DNA from: a bacterium
GTDB taxonomy: Bacteria > Patescibacteriota > Dojkabacteria > SC72
Reading direction: 5' to 3'
NCBI GenBank assembly: GCA_022840695.1
Contig: JALHDC010000002.1
Span: 25,753-89,752 of the forward strand
DNA: 64,000 bases
Every line of letters starts with the position of its first letter. Position 1 is the first letter of the stretch. The notes beneath the pieces are model-generated. The model searched no databases, was not told the DNA's origin, and saw only the letters and a program-made list of their open reading frames with translations. Positions 27,249-36,888 of the stretch are shown one piece after another. A program made the translations under genes and the position numbers.

Positions 27249-27755
27249 ATGCACAAAAAAGTCATTGTAAATGATAAAATGCAATCCAATTATGTGTACT
27301 ACCTCATAGAACCTATTGGTAAGAACTTTGATCCAGAATTTAAACCTGAACTAACTCCTAAGGAAATGTTAGAACTAGGAGTATTTGGTGGGAAGTATAT
27401 GAATGATTGTATAAATGAATTTCCTAAAGATTGGTTTATTAATGCTAAATTATCACCAGAAAAGAAAGATATATCCCTTAACTATTTTAAAATAGATGCC
27501 AGTATGCCATTATCATACTGGAAAGAGAAAGGATGGATATATCATGAAGATCCTAGAGGATGGTTTCAATGGTACTGCAGATACTATATGGGCAGAAGAA
27601 TTCCTCCTGAGGATGAAAGACAGATCAAAAGATGGAAAGCTATAAAAAGACATATATCTGCTATACAGAAGAATTGTATACCACTAGATTTAGATTGCAG
27701 GAAGAAACAGAGACAAGCTGTATTACATTGGGCTTATGATAGTAGGAAGATATAA
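27249..27755 (+). CDS. conserved hypothetical protein
   Basis: Aromatic-rich motifs TPKEMLELGVFGGKY and DPRGWFQWYCRYY. Confidence 0.8.
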   Translation: MHKKVIVNDKMQSNYVYYLIEPIGKNFDPEFKPELTPKEMLELGVFGGKYMNDCINEFPKDWFINAKLSPEKKDISLNYFKIDASMPLSYWKEKGWIYHEDPRGWFQWYCRYYMGRRIPPEDERQIKRWKAIKRHISAIQKNCIPLDLDCRKKQRQAVLHWAYDSRKI

Positions 27756-27757
27756 AG

Positions 27758-29041
27758 TTACCTATCAAATCTTCTAAAAATCTCATCTACATATCTAGTA
27801 TAATAATCCAGATTACACAATCTATTCAATTCTTTTTCATTTGTATACTTTAATATCCCTTTATGAGATAACAAAGAAGCTATAATATCGTTTTCATTAT
27901 CAAATGAAATTTTTTGTATTAATTTATATGCTTTTCTTTTTTCCATTCCCTTACTAACAAGGTAAAGCATCAGTGTTTGAGACAAATAATTATCTTTTTC
28001 AAGATTTATATTCTCTCTCATTTTTTCACTATTCACCTTTAAATTCCTTAATACAAACGACATATCATTTAGCATGAAATGTACTGTACATAATGAATCG
28101 GGGATTATGAATCTTTCTGCAGAAGAGTGGGACATATCTCTTTCCCCCCATAAAGATGTGTTTTCCATTCCTACAATTAAATTTCCCCTCAATACTCTAG
28201 CTAACCCACATATTCTTTCACAGAGTATAGGATTTTTCTTATGTGGCATACTAGATGAACCCTTCTGCCCATCTTCAAAAGGCTCTTTCAATTCTCCTAT
28301 CTCCGTTCTATGTAAATGCCTTATCTCGAATGCTATTTTTTCTAATGTATTTCCTACAGTAGAAATAGAATAGAGAACATCACAGTATCTATCTCTTTGC
28401 AAAATTTGAGAGGATACTTTTGCATACTTAAGTTTTAATTTTTTACAAACAAATTTTTCGACATATGGATCTACATGAGCATATGTACCTACTGAACCAG
28501 AAATTTTTCCATACGAGATATTCTTTAAAGACATTTCTAATCTTTCAATATCTCTATCTATCTCATATACCCACAAAAGAAATTTTAATCCTAAAGTAAT
28601 CGGCTCTGCATGAACACCATGTGTCCTTCCCATCATAATTTGTTTCTTGTATTTCTTTGCTTTCGTAAAAAGTACTTTTCTTAGTATTTTCGTGTCTTTA
28701 AGTATTACTTCCAATGATTTGATTATTTGTAAAGATTGAGCTGTATCTAAAATATCACTTGATGTGATACCGTAATGCAAATATCTACTAGATTTCCCAA
28801 CCTTATTAGTTATGCTTTCTACAAATGCAATTGTCTCATGTTTAGATTCTTCCTCTCTTTTTCTGATATCTGAAATATCTATTTTCGCTTTTTGTTTAAT
28901 ATTCCTTAAATCATCATTATTTATTTTTCCTTTCTTACTCCAAGCTTCACATACTGCAATCTCCACATTTAACATTGCTTGAAATCTATATTCATCACTC
29001 CATATTTCCCTTAGAGGTGAAAGTGTATACCTATCTATCAT
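27758..29041 (-). CDS. purB: adenylosuccinate lyase
   Basis: GRTHGVHAEP, GSSSMPHKKNP. Confidence 0.97.
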   Translation of the reverse strand: MIDRYTLSPLREIWSDEYRFQAMLNVEIAVCEAWSKKGKINNDDLRNIKQKAKIDISDIRKREEESKHETIAFVESITNKVGKSSRYLHYGITSSDILDTAQSLQIIKSLEVILKDTKILRKVLFTKAKKYKKQIMMGRTHGVHAEPITLGLKFLLWVYEIDRDIERLEMSLKNISYGKISGSVGTYAHVDPYVEKFVCKKLKLKYAKVSSQILQRDRYCDVLYSISTVGNTLEKIAFEIRHLHRTEIGELKEPFEDGQKGSSSMPHKKNPILCERICGLARVLRGNLIVGMENTSLWGERDMSHSSAERFIIPDSLCTVHFMLNDMSFVLRNLKVNSEKMRENINLEKDNYLSQTLMLYLVSKGMEKRKAYKLIQKISFDNENDIIASLLSHKGILKYTNEKELNRLCNLDYYTRYVDEIFRRFDR

Positions 29042-29052
29042 ATATATTTAAA

Positions 29053-30450
29053 TTAAATAAATAGTGTATCATGCCTATCTGGCCCATATGTAATCATTAC
29101 GGAAGAAGTATTTGTATATTCAGAATAGAAGTCTAAGAACTTTGTAACTTCTTTAGATAATTTTTTAGTACTCCTCAAATTCTTAAGATTCTCTATATTC
29201 CAAACTTTAAACTCCTTATATACAGGTTTTACACTATCTATATATTCCTGATCAGGTCTATATCCAACAACCTTATCTTTTATTTTATACTTAGTACAAA
29301 CCTTTACTGCAGAATCCCAAACTATATCCATATGTGTAAATACTAATTCCTCTATACCACCCATCTTACAAAAATATTCAAGCATAACTAAATCCATATA
29401 TGCAATATCTCTTGGCCTTCCTGTAGTTGTACCATACTCATGTGCTTCATCTCGAATTACAGTTGCATATTTTTCTTCCATTGCAGTTGGTAGTACTCTT
29501 TTTCCCACACTAGAAGTATATGTTGATTTAATTACACCAAATCTAGCAGATATATCATTTGCATTCACTATTCCTTCTGTAGAGTAGGTGATGCCATCTA
29601 AACTACAGTTAGATGCAGAGACATCTGGATATAGTCCCCAACGAGAATCTAATCCAATACCTTGTGCTTTTTCAAAAATAAAAGGGGTATCTGAATTCCA
29701 ATTCTTAAAAATAAAATCATACATATTAAATACATATGGTTTTAATAACTTTCTACATCGTTCCAAATCCTTAATATATTTATCACAACTCCCTACCTTG
29801 TACTCTCTACCTTTATATCTTTGTATTTTAATATCCTTCATTTCAAAACCTAAACCATTAATCCATTTAGAATACCTATTGTACTGTTCAATAAAATATA
29901 CTTTCCAATCTCTTTTGTATAGATCTCGAATTCTAAGAGGAAACCTATACACAACATCTGCATATGCAGGAGCTATACCTCTGCCTGTAGCAGCAGCACT
30001 ACCTAGTGATTTAGAGGATGAATTCTTTAATGCATATTCAAATGCTCTATGTAGATCAGTACTTAGTACTGCCATTTCATCTATCATCAAATTGGCAGGA
30101 AGTTCTTTAAATTCAAAAACCTGTTTAATTTCCTCTATCTCTTCTAACAGATCAGATGGGTGTATTACCATACCTTTACCTAGTACTACATAGCATCCCT
30201 TGTGTAATATCCCAGACCCTATTTGGTGTAATCCAATCTTTTTGCCATCATGTGATATTGTATGACCAGCATTAGCCCCACCATTATCTCTATACACTAT
30301 GACATTTTTAAATCTCTTTTTATTCAAAAAATACTCTGTTAATTCATCAGTTATCCTTCCTTTTCCTTCATCTCCAAACATAGCACCTAATATTGCTACA
30401 GAATTTTTTCTTCTTCCCTTTTTATTTAATGATTTTTCTAAATTAGTCAT
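29053..30450 (-). CDS. purA: adenylosuccinate synthetase
   Basis: GDEGKG, GGANAGHT, EYGTTTGRPR. Confidence 0.96.
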   Translation of the reverse strand: MTNLEKSLNKKGRRKNSVAILGAMFGDEGKGRITDELTEYFLNKKRFKNVIVYRDNGGANAGHTISHDGKKIGLHQIGSGILHKGCYVVLGKGMVIHPSDLLEEIEEIKQVFEFKELPANLMIDEMAVLSTDLHRAFEYALKNSSSKSLGSAAATGRGIAPAYADVVYRFPLRIRDLYKRDWKVYFIEQYNRYSKWINGLGFEMKDIKIQRYKGREYKVGSCDKYIKDLERCRKLLKPYVFNMYDFIFKNWNSDTPFIFEKAQGIGLDSRWGLYPDVSASNCSLDGITYSTEGIVNANDISARFGVIKSTYTSSVGKRVLPTAMEEKYATVIRDEAHEYGTTTGRPRDIAYMDLVMLEYFCKMGGIEELVFTHMDIVWDSAVKVCTKYKIKDKVVGYRPDQEYIDSVKPVYKEFKVWNIENLKNLRSTKKLSKEVTKFLDFYSEYTNTSSVMITYGPDRHDTLFI

Positions 30451-30626
30451 GAAAAATTTAAAACAATTTATACATCATATCCTAGCATATCTTTACAATA
30501 CTTAGCTTAGAGGGGATAATAGTAGAATAGGGGTTGAATCAAATAGAAAAAGCTCCAATATACCATAAATCAATATAATTCTGAAATATAAACCTGTATA
30601 TTTCCTTTTTCTAAGGTTTTTAGAAT

Positions 30627-31064
30627 TTAAAACAGCTCCTGCCAACAATATTTCTTAATATTTAGCATTTGCTCTTTAAAAAGAACAACAAAAGGAACAC
30701 CACAAAGCTCTAGATTTCGAATTTGCTTTCTCTTCCTCTCATCATTTGTTCTCATAGAAGAAAGAGTTATCTCTACTAATTTCCCATTGAAAGTTCGAGG
30801 ATTATATACAAAAAAATCAGGAACACTATCGCATAACTGTATCCTAGGTTCCCTATAAACTACCATATCCTTACTCAAGAGAAGTTTTGCAAATTGCCTT
30901 TCATTAGAATTCATTGTGCTTTTTCTATTTAATACTGAAAATTCATCCAATGGGGATGGAAGTACTAATTGGGGATACTGTTCTTTAATGGAATTTTCTA
31001 GTTGGTCAACATACTCTACGAAAAATGCTGTTTCTTTCAATGTTTCTGTTTCTACTTCTAGCAT
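30627..31064 (-). CDS. hypothetical protein with PD-(D/E)xK-like motif
   Basis: YREP...VPDFFV...LVEIT; start uncertain. Confidence 0.6.
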   Translation of the reverse strand: MLEVETETLKETAFFVEYVDQLENSIKEQYPQLVLPSPLDEFSVLNRKSTMNSNERQFAKLLLSKDMVVYREPRIQLCDSVPDFFVYNPRTFNGKLVEITLSSMRTNDERKRKQIRNLELCGVPFVVLFKEQMLNIKKYCWQELF

Positions 31065-31186
31065 TACTATCTGTTTAAGTAGTACTATTTGATTCGGTAT
31101 ATACATAGTACAACAGTATTCAGAAACTGACAACTGTATCAACCAATTATTGTGTTGACAATGGATTAATGCTAATATTTTGTATC

Positions 31187-32164
31187 ATGCCCCGTATTAA
31201 AAATTATAGAATTTTAATAATTTTCCCTCTAAGTATATTTTTGTTCTTCGGCCTATTTTTTTTAGAAAACTATACTTCCAAAGATATTGATGCCTATGAT
31301 ATCTCAGATGATTTTAATGATGCTACTTACATAGATATTGGAAATTCTTCTAATTATTTGTTATCTGGAGGACAGATTACTGCATCTACAAAATCATATA
31401 CATTTGGAACAGGGGCTGATGGTGCTTGTACAGTATCTAGTAATATGAATATTAATACACAGTCATGTGTGGGAAGACCATATGGTGATGCAGTGAGGTT
31501 TTATAAGAAGGCTGCATATAATGCTAATGCGGGAGATTACATTCTCGATATAAACACATCTACAACAAATGGATTAGCTATTGGTGATGAAGTATTAATT
31601 TTAATTCAAGATGGACTCGCATCTGCCTCTGCAAATACTGGTAAATATGAAACCGCGATTATTTCAAATATAACTGCTGACCGATTAACTTTCGAAACTC
31701 CACTTCAAAATTCATACACTTCTTCAAATAATGTAGCTGTCATTAGAGTTCCACAATATACAAATGTAACTGTGAATGAAGGAGTTACTGTTACAGCTGA
31801 TACAAAATCGCTACTAGCTCCAGCAGGAGTTGTCTTCTTCAAAGCTTCAGGTACTGTAACTATAAATGGAAGTATTAGTACAAATGCAAAAGGATTTCCT
31901 GGAGCAGCTAAATGCTTTTCAAATTGTGGAATTATGGGAGGAGCGAGAGGAGCAGATTATGCAAATGGTAATGCAATAGAAAGATTCAACGAACTATATA
32001 CAAACAAAATAATAGACTTTGTAATTGGTACAGATGCTACATATCATACAAAAGAATTATTAAGAGAAAATAAATGGTTTAAAGAAATATCTGTATCCAA
32101 TTATTTAGCAGAAACCATATATAGGATAAATAGAAGAAAATCAATTGGTGAGTTATTGAGGTAA
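31187..32164 (+). pseudogene. chimeric ORF: secreted surface-protein N-terminus fused to the C-terminus of a ribose-phosphate pyrophosphokinase
   Basis: TM + Thr/Gly/Asn-rich beta region to ~31960, then NGNAIERF...VIGTDATYH...SVSNYLAETIYRINRRKSIGELL. Confidence 0.65.
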
Positions 32165-32227
32165 AAAAGGTTTTGAACTTGGGCGATATGATATGTGTAT
32201 TGGAACGATCAGATCGCCCATGTTCTA

Positions 32228-32473
32228 TTAATCCTCCAAACCCAAATACTTAAAAGCTATTCTTTTTCCACCATATACGATGTAGATTCCTATTATTAAG
32301 GTGAAAATGAATAAATTTAAGTTTATGGCCAGGAAAAGAAAAATCATGAAGACAGCTCCACCAAGATATATTAAGATATCTCCAATTTCTTTGTTTAAAA
32401 AAAATCTATTCCTTAAACCAAAGCCTAGCAAAATTACTCCTAAGAGTTCCCCCAAAAAGTATCCTATATCCAT
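32228..32473 (-). CDS. small membrane protein
   Basis: 81 aa with 2-3 hydrophobic segments; AGAGGAG upstream. Confidence 0.6.
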   Translation of the reverse strand: MDIGYFLGELLGVILLGFGLRNRFFLNKEIGDILIYLGGAVFMIFLFLAINLNLFIFTLIIGIYIVYGGKRIAFKYLGLED

Positions 32474-32587
32474 TTTTTCTCCTCTTTTCTTTTTATTATT
32501 TTGTTTTAATAGAACAATTGATTATATTACTTTCCAACCCCATAGTAAATATACTGAAATATTCAATTCCTTCTGTTAACATATAAT

Positions 32588-33664
32588 ATGGATATAAAAA
32601 GATATCATTCCCTAAAGAAATACAATACCTTCTGTATTGATATAAAAGCAAAATATTTTGCTAAAGTAAAAACCATTCAACAATGCATAGACATATTAGA
32701 AAAATATAAAAATGAAAAAATATTAATACTAGGAGGAGGAAGTAATACACTATTTCTTAAAGATTGGGATGGATTAGTATTAAAGATTGAATTGAAAGGA
32801 AAAGAAATTGTTAAACAAGATGATCAATATGTATATATCAATGTATCCTCAGGAGAAGATTGGAATAAATTTGTTAAGTATGCAGTAAAAAATGATTGGG
32901 CTGGTATTGAAAATTTAATATTCATACCAGGTACAGTAGGGGGAGCTGTAGCACAAAATATAGGGGCATATGGACAAAGTATTACTGATTCTTTGTATAG
33001 TATAGAAGCATTAGAGATAGATACATTACAATTAAAAAAGTTCGATCCCAAAGAATGTGACTATAGATATAGAAGTAGTCGATTTAAAAGGGAATGGAAA
33101 AATAAATACATCATTACTTCTGCTACATTTAGATTAAGAAAAAATACAGAAGAATTTGAGCTTAGTTATCATGAAAGATCTGGAAGATATGGATCTTTAA
33201 AAGAAGAATTGGAATCTTTTTCTAAAGAACCATACAGTATTCAAGATGTTATGAAGGCAGTAGTTAAACAAAGACAGAAAAGATTACCAACTGTAAAAGA
33301 GTATGGTACATGTGGAAGTTTTTTTGAAAATCCATTAGTTACATTCAAAAAATACAAAGAACTATCTAAAGTTGTATCTGATCTTCAATTTTATCCATCA
33401 GAGGATCTTAAGTATGATTTAACTGATACAGGAGAATTTAAGGACGATGATTTAGTAAAGATACCTGCAGGAAGATTGTTAGATGAGCGAGGATGGAAAG
33501 GAAAATGGGAAGGAAATGTAGGAGTATCTGAAAAACATGCACTATGTGTTGTTACAAACAAGAAAGCGAGAGGAGAGGAAATAGAGAAATTTATAAAAAA
33601 GATGCAAGATGATATAAAAAAGAATTATGATATTGAACTTAAACCTGAAGTAAATATATTTTAA
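32588..33664 (+). CDS. murB: UDP-N-acetylenolpyruvoylglucosamine reductase
   Basis: GGGSN, IPGTVGGA..QNIGAYG, YRSSRFK, GSFFENP, LKPEV. Confidence 0.96.
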   Translation: MDIKRYHSLKKYNTFCIDIKAKYFAKVKTIQQCIDILEKYKNEKILILGGGSNTLFLKDWDGLVLKIELKGKEIVKQDDQYVYINVSSGEDWNKFVKYAVKNDWAGIENLIFIPGTVGGAVAQNIGAYGQSITDSLYSIEALEIDTLQLKKFDPKECDYRYRSSRFKREWKNKYIITSATFRLRKNTEEFELSYHERSGRYGSLKEELESFSKEPYSIQDVMKAVVKQRQKRLPTVKEYGTCGSFFENPLVTFKKYKELSKVVSDLQFYPSEDLKYDLTDTGEFKDDDLVKIPAGRLLDERGWKGKWEGNVGVSEKHALCVVTNKKARGEEIEKFIKKMQDDIKKNYDIELKPEVNIF

Positions 33665-33665
33665 A

Positions 33666-35285
33666 TTACGGATGTTCTCTTACAAATTTAAGGAGTATTT
33701 TTCTTATATCCCTTACCTTAGATACACTTAATTCGATTATTGATATTGCATCTACAAAAACATTCCCATTATATTTATCATCCTGCTGCAGTTTGTGTAC
33801 ATGTTCATCAAATTCAGCCCTAATCTGTGCATATATTTCCTCTTCCTTAACCTTAATATTTAAAAGATCCTGTTCAATAGGATTTTGTAAAACAGTTTCC
33901 ATCTCTCTAAACAATTCTATTAACCTATTATATATATCCGTAACTCTTTCTATATTCATTTCGTCAGTAGGAATTCCTAAATTATGCATTCTTTGAAATA
34001 CTTCTGAAAAATCATTTCCTAAATCACCTATCTGTTCAATAGTATTAGAAACTTTTACTAAAACTATAGTTTTATATGCATCTTTCTCTGAAAGTTTAAA
34101 TTTTGAAAGGGAAACTATTGAAGCTGTAATTTCATCATCCAAAAAATCATTCAATGTTTCTAATTTCTGGATCTCCATTAATGTAGAACCAGACAAATTG
34201 TAGAATACAGATACTGCCTTCTGATATATCTTTATGGTATTTTCTATTGAATATCCCAATTCTTTATCTATATCATCCATTCTTTCATGTAATTTTCTAT
34301 TTCCATTTCTCTGAATATATTTTGTTCTAAATAGTATTTCTTCCTCATCACCTTTTATTATCCTACTTACAAGTTTTTCAAAAGGTGTAAGGAGGAGGAG
34401 GAATACTGAGGTATTAATAACATTGAATATTAAATGGGCATATGCTGCTTGATATGCTACATTTTCAAATAGAAATTGCATTAAATATACAAAAGGAGAA
34501 AGGAGAAGCATTGCTACTAATGTACCTATTAAATTAAGGAGAAAATTTGCAAAGCCAGCTCTTCTTGCAAAAAGATTTAATTTCGAAGAAGCAATTAATG
34601 CTGTTATACTGGATCCTAGATTAGCACCCAAAATCATTGGAATAGCAACCCAAATTGGAAGAATTCCACCTTGTGCAAGGATGACAATTATACCGGTAGT
34701 GATGGAGCTAGAATGAATGATCATCGTAAAAAGAGCAGTTACCACAAATGCTACTGTTGGACTTTCTAACTCAGCAAATAGTCTCATTAATTCTGGGTTA
34801 TTCTTTAATGGCTCTACAGTCGATGAAAGCCAATTAAGTGTAAAAAGAATTAAGCCTAAGAAAAATATTGGCTTACTTATTAATTTCAATTTCCTATTTA
34901 ATATTCCAAGAATAAACCCTATTATTATTAATACAGAAGCAATTACAGAAGAATTTACCAGTGCTAATTGTGCAGTTATTGTAGTACCTATGTTAGCTCC
35001 TAGAATAATTCCTAAGCTATTACTAAAAGATATTATTCCTGTATTGACTAAAACTACTGCTAATACTGTAACTGCTGAGCTTGATTGTGTTATTGCAGTA
35101 GCTAAAGCCCCTACCAATGTACCTTTTACTCTGTTCCTTACTAATCTAGATATCAATTTTCTAAATTTCTCAGAAGCTAATTCTTGAATTTCCTTGCTTA
35201 AATTATCAATTGCATATAAGAAAAGAACTAAAGCTGAGAGCAATCCTAAAGTGATCTGTAAATAGCTAGAATCGAATATATTCAT
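33666..35285 (-). CDS. Na/Pi cotransporter family protein with PhoU-like C-terminus
   Basis: QSSSAVT...GANIGTT repeated as HSSS...GANLGSS; IEQIGD. Confidence 0.92.
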   Translation of the reverse strand: MNIFDSSYLQITLGLLSALVLFLYAIDNLSKEIQELASEKFRKLISRLVRNRVKGTLVGALATAITQSSSAVTVLAVVLVNTGIISFSNSLGIILGANIGTTITAQLALVNSSVIASVLIIIGFILGILNRKLKLISKPIFFLGLILFTLNWLSSTVEPLKNNPELMRLFAELESPTVAFVVTALFTMIIHSSSITTGIIVILAQGGILPIWVAIPMILGANLGSSITALIASSKLNLFARRAGFANFLLNLIGTLVAMLLLSPFVYLMQFLFENVAYQAAYAHLIFNVINTSVFLLLLTPFEKLVSRIIKGDEEEILFRTKYIQRNGNRKLHERMDDIDKELGYSIENTIKIYQKAVSVFYNLSGSTLMEIQKLETLNDFLDDEITASIVSLSKFKLSEKDAYKTIVLVKVSNTIEQIGDLGNDFSEVFQRMHNLGIPTDEMNIERVTDIYNRLIELFREMETVLQNPIEQDLLNIKVKEEEIYAQIRAEFDEHVHKLQQDDKYNGNVFVDAISIIELSVSKVRDIRKILLKFVREHP

Positions 35286-35340
35286 GGTTAATATAATTTA
35301 CCATATTGAAATATACATTCCAACAATGTATCGTTTAACT

Positions 35341-35979
35341 ATGCTTAAGAAATTTAATGAGGTAGTGCTACTATTAACAGTATCAGATACATTTACATGG
35401 GGACCTTTCATCATAATTGCAAATCTCTCTAGTATATATTTGGCTAGCAAATTGGGTGCAAATACAATAAGTTTTGTTGGGATTGGTACTGGTATATATT
35501 TCGTCACAAGAGCACTTTTTCAAATGCCAATAGGACATATTACTGATAAAATAGACAATGATAAGGATGAAATCATTCTTTTAGTATTAGGAATCATCTT
35601 GATGGGTATTCCTTTTCTCTTCTACCCATTAATAACAAAAGCTTTTCAGTATTATGTTCTCCAATTTATCTTTGGATTGGGAGTATCTTTTAATCTTCCA
35701 AATTGGAGAAAGCTCTTTGCATTGAATTTGGATAAAGGTAAGGAGGGATTTCAGTACGGTTTCTACGAGACCGTTCTTAGTATCTCTACTGCAATATTTA
35801 GTGCTTTGGTAGGATATATAGCAAACCTAGGAGATCAGTATTTCGATATGTCCATGAGAGGAGTAGGGATTGTAATGATTCTATCAGCAATATGGGTTGT
35901 GTTAATAATCAAGGTAAAAAAGAGAAAGAGTAATGGATATGAAGTTCCTACTGTTGCAGTTGATAAAGTAGCAAAATAA
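35341..35979 (+). CDS. MFS half-transporter-like membrane protein
   Basis: About six TM helices, PIGHITDK motif-A variant. Confidence 0.75.
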   Translation: MLKKFNEVVLLLTVSDTFTWGPFIIIANLSSIYLASKLGANTISFVGIGTGIYFVTRALFQMPIGHITDKIDNDKDEIILLVLGIILMGIPFLFYPLITKAFQYYVLQFIFGLGVSFNLPNWRKLFALNLDKGKEGFQYGFYETVLSISTAIFSALVGYIANLGDQYFDMSMRGVGIVMILSAIWVVLIIKVKKRKSNGYEVPTVAVDKVAK

Positions 35980-35996
35980 CTTTTCAATATAAATAA

Positions 35997-36404
35997 ATGG
36001 AGAAAAAGAATATCCTTGGTTTTGGAATACTTCTTGTCATACTACTAGTTGTAGGAGCAATTGTATTCAATATATATATGGATTTAAACAGTGATGAAGA
36101 ACAAGATAATCAAAATACTGATACTATATCTGATCAAATAGAATATGACGATATTAATTTTGAATATGAATATGTAGGTAATTCATTATGGAGATATACG
36201 ATATCAGGAACATTACCAAATCCTTGCTACAAAATTAGTACAGAAGCAATAGTAATGGAAAGCTATCCAGAGCAAGTTATTGTTAAATCTACCGTATTAC
36301 TTCCTGATGCAGAAACTATGTGTGTACAGGTAATTCAAGAAGTATTTGAAGAAGGAGAGTTTGAGGCAAGTGAGCAAGCACAGGTTAGATATGAAATAGA
36401 GTAA
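35997..36404 (+). CDS. membrane-anchored hypothetical protein
   Basis: N-terminal TM; GTLPNPCY...MCVQVI. Confidence 0.75.
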   Translation: MEKKNILGFGILLVILLVVGAIVFNIYMDLNSDEEQDNQNTDTISDQIEYDDINFEYEYVGNSLWRYTISGTLPNPCYKISTEAIVMESYPEQVIVKSTVLLPDAETMCVQVIQEVFEEGEFEASEQAQVRYEIE

Positions 36405-36410
36405 AAGAGC

Positions 36411-36463
36411 TTGACTTTCATTTTGAAAATGATACTATATACCCATACCTATGGTGGGGGTAT
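36411..36463 (+). promoter_or_regulatory. copper operon promoter with CsoR-type operator
   Basis: TTGACT...TGATACTAT then ATACCCATACCTATGGTGGGGGTAT (C/G-tract pseudo-palindrome). Confidence 0.75.
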
Positions 36464-36466
36464 ATT

Positions 36467-36886
36467 ATGAATAATGAAAAAACAAACATATACATAGGAA
36501 TAGCTTTAATAATTTCTTTTTTACTTATATTTTTTGCTGTTTCTTCAAGGAACGATTCTAAATCTAATACAAGAGATGTTAATGAGAAAAAAGAAATTTC
36601 AGAAAATGTCCTTTTGGAAGAGGAGTTGCAGACTGTAACAATAACTTCAAGAGCAGGGGGTTATACACCAAAAATAACATATGCCAAATCATCTGTTCAT
36701 ACGATATTAGAAATGAACTCAGTTAATTCATATGGATGTGAGAGAGCATTTAGAATACCTTCATTAAATATTTCAAAAGAATTACCAAATAATGGAACAA
36801 CAACATTTGATCTTGGAACTCCGGAAGAATCTATAACTGGTACATGTAGTATGGGAATGTATGTATTTACTATTAAGTTCATATAA
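36467..36886 (+). CDS. cupredoxin-domain protein
   Basis: GGYTP, GCE, TCSMGMY. Confidence 0.85.
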   Translation: MNNEKTNIYIGIALIISFLLIFFAVSSRNDSKSNTRDVNEKKEISENVLLEEELQTVTITSRAGGYTPKITYAKSSVHTILEMNSVNSYGCERAFRIPSLNISKELPNNGTTTFDLGTPEESITGTCSMGMYVFTIKFI

Positions 36887-36888
36887 TT

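Noticed and set aside
30451-30626. Purine riboswitch upstream of purA
   Set aside because: No matching three-way-junction motifs were found; a -10-like box lies close to the start.
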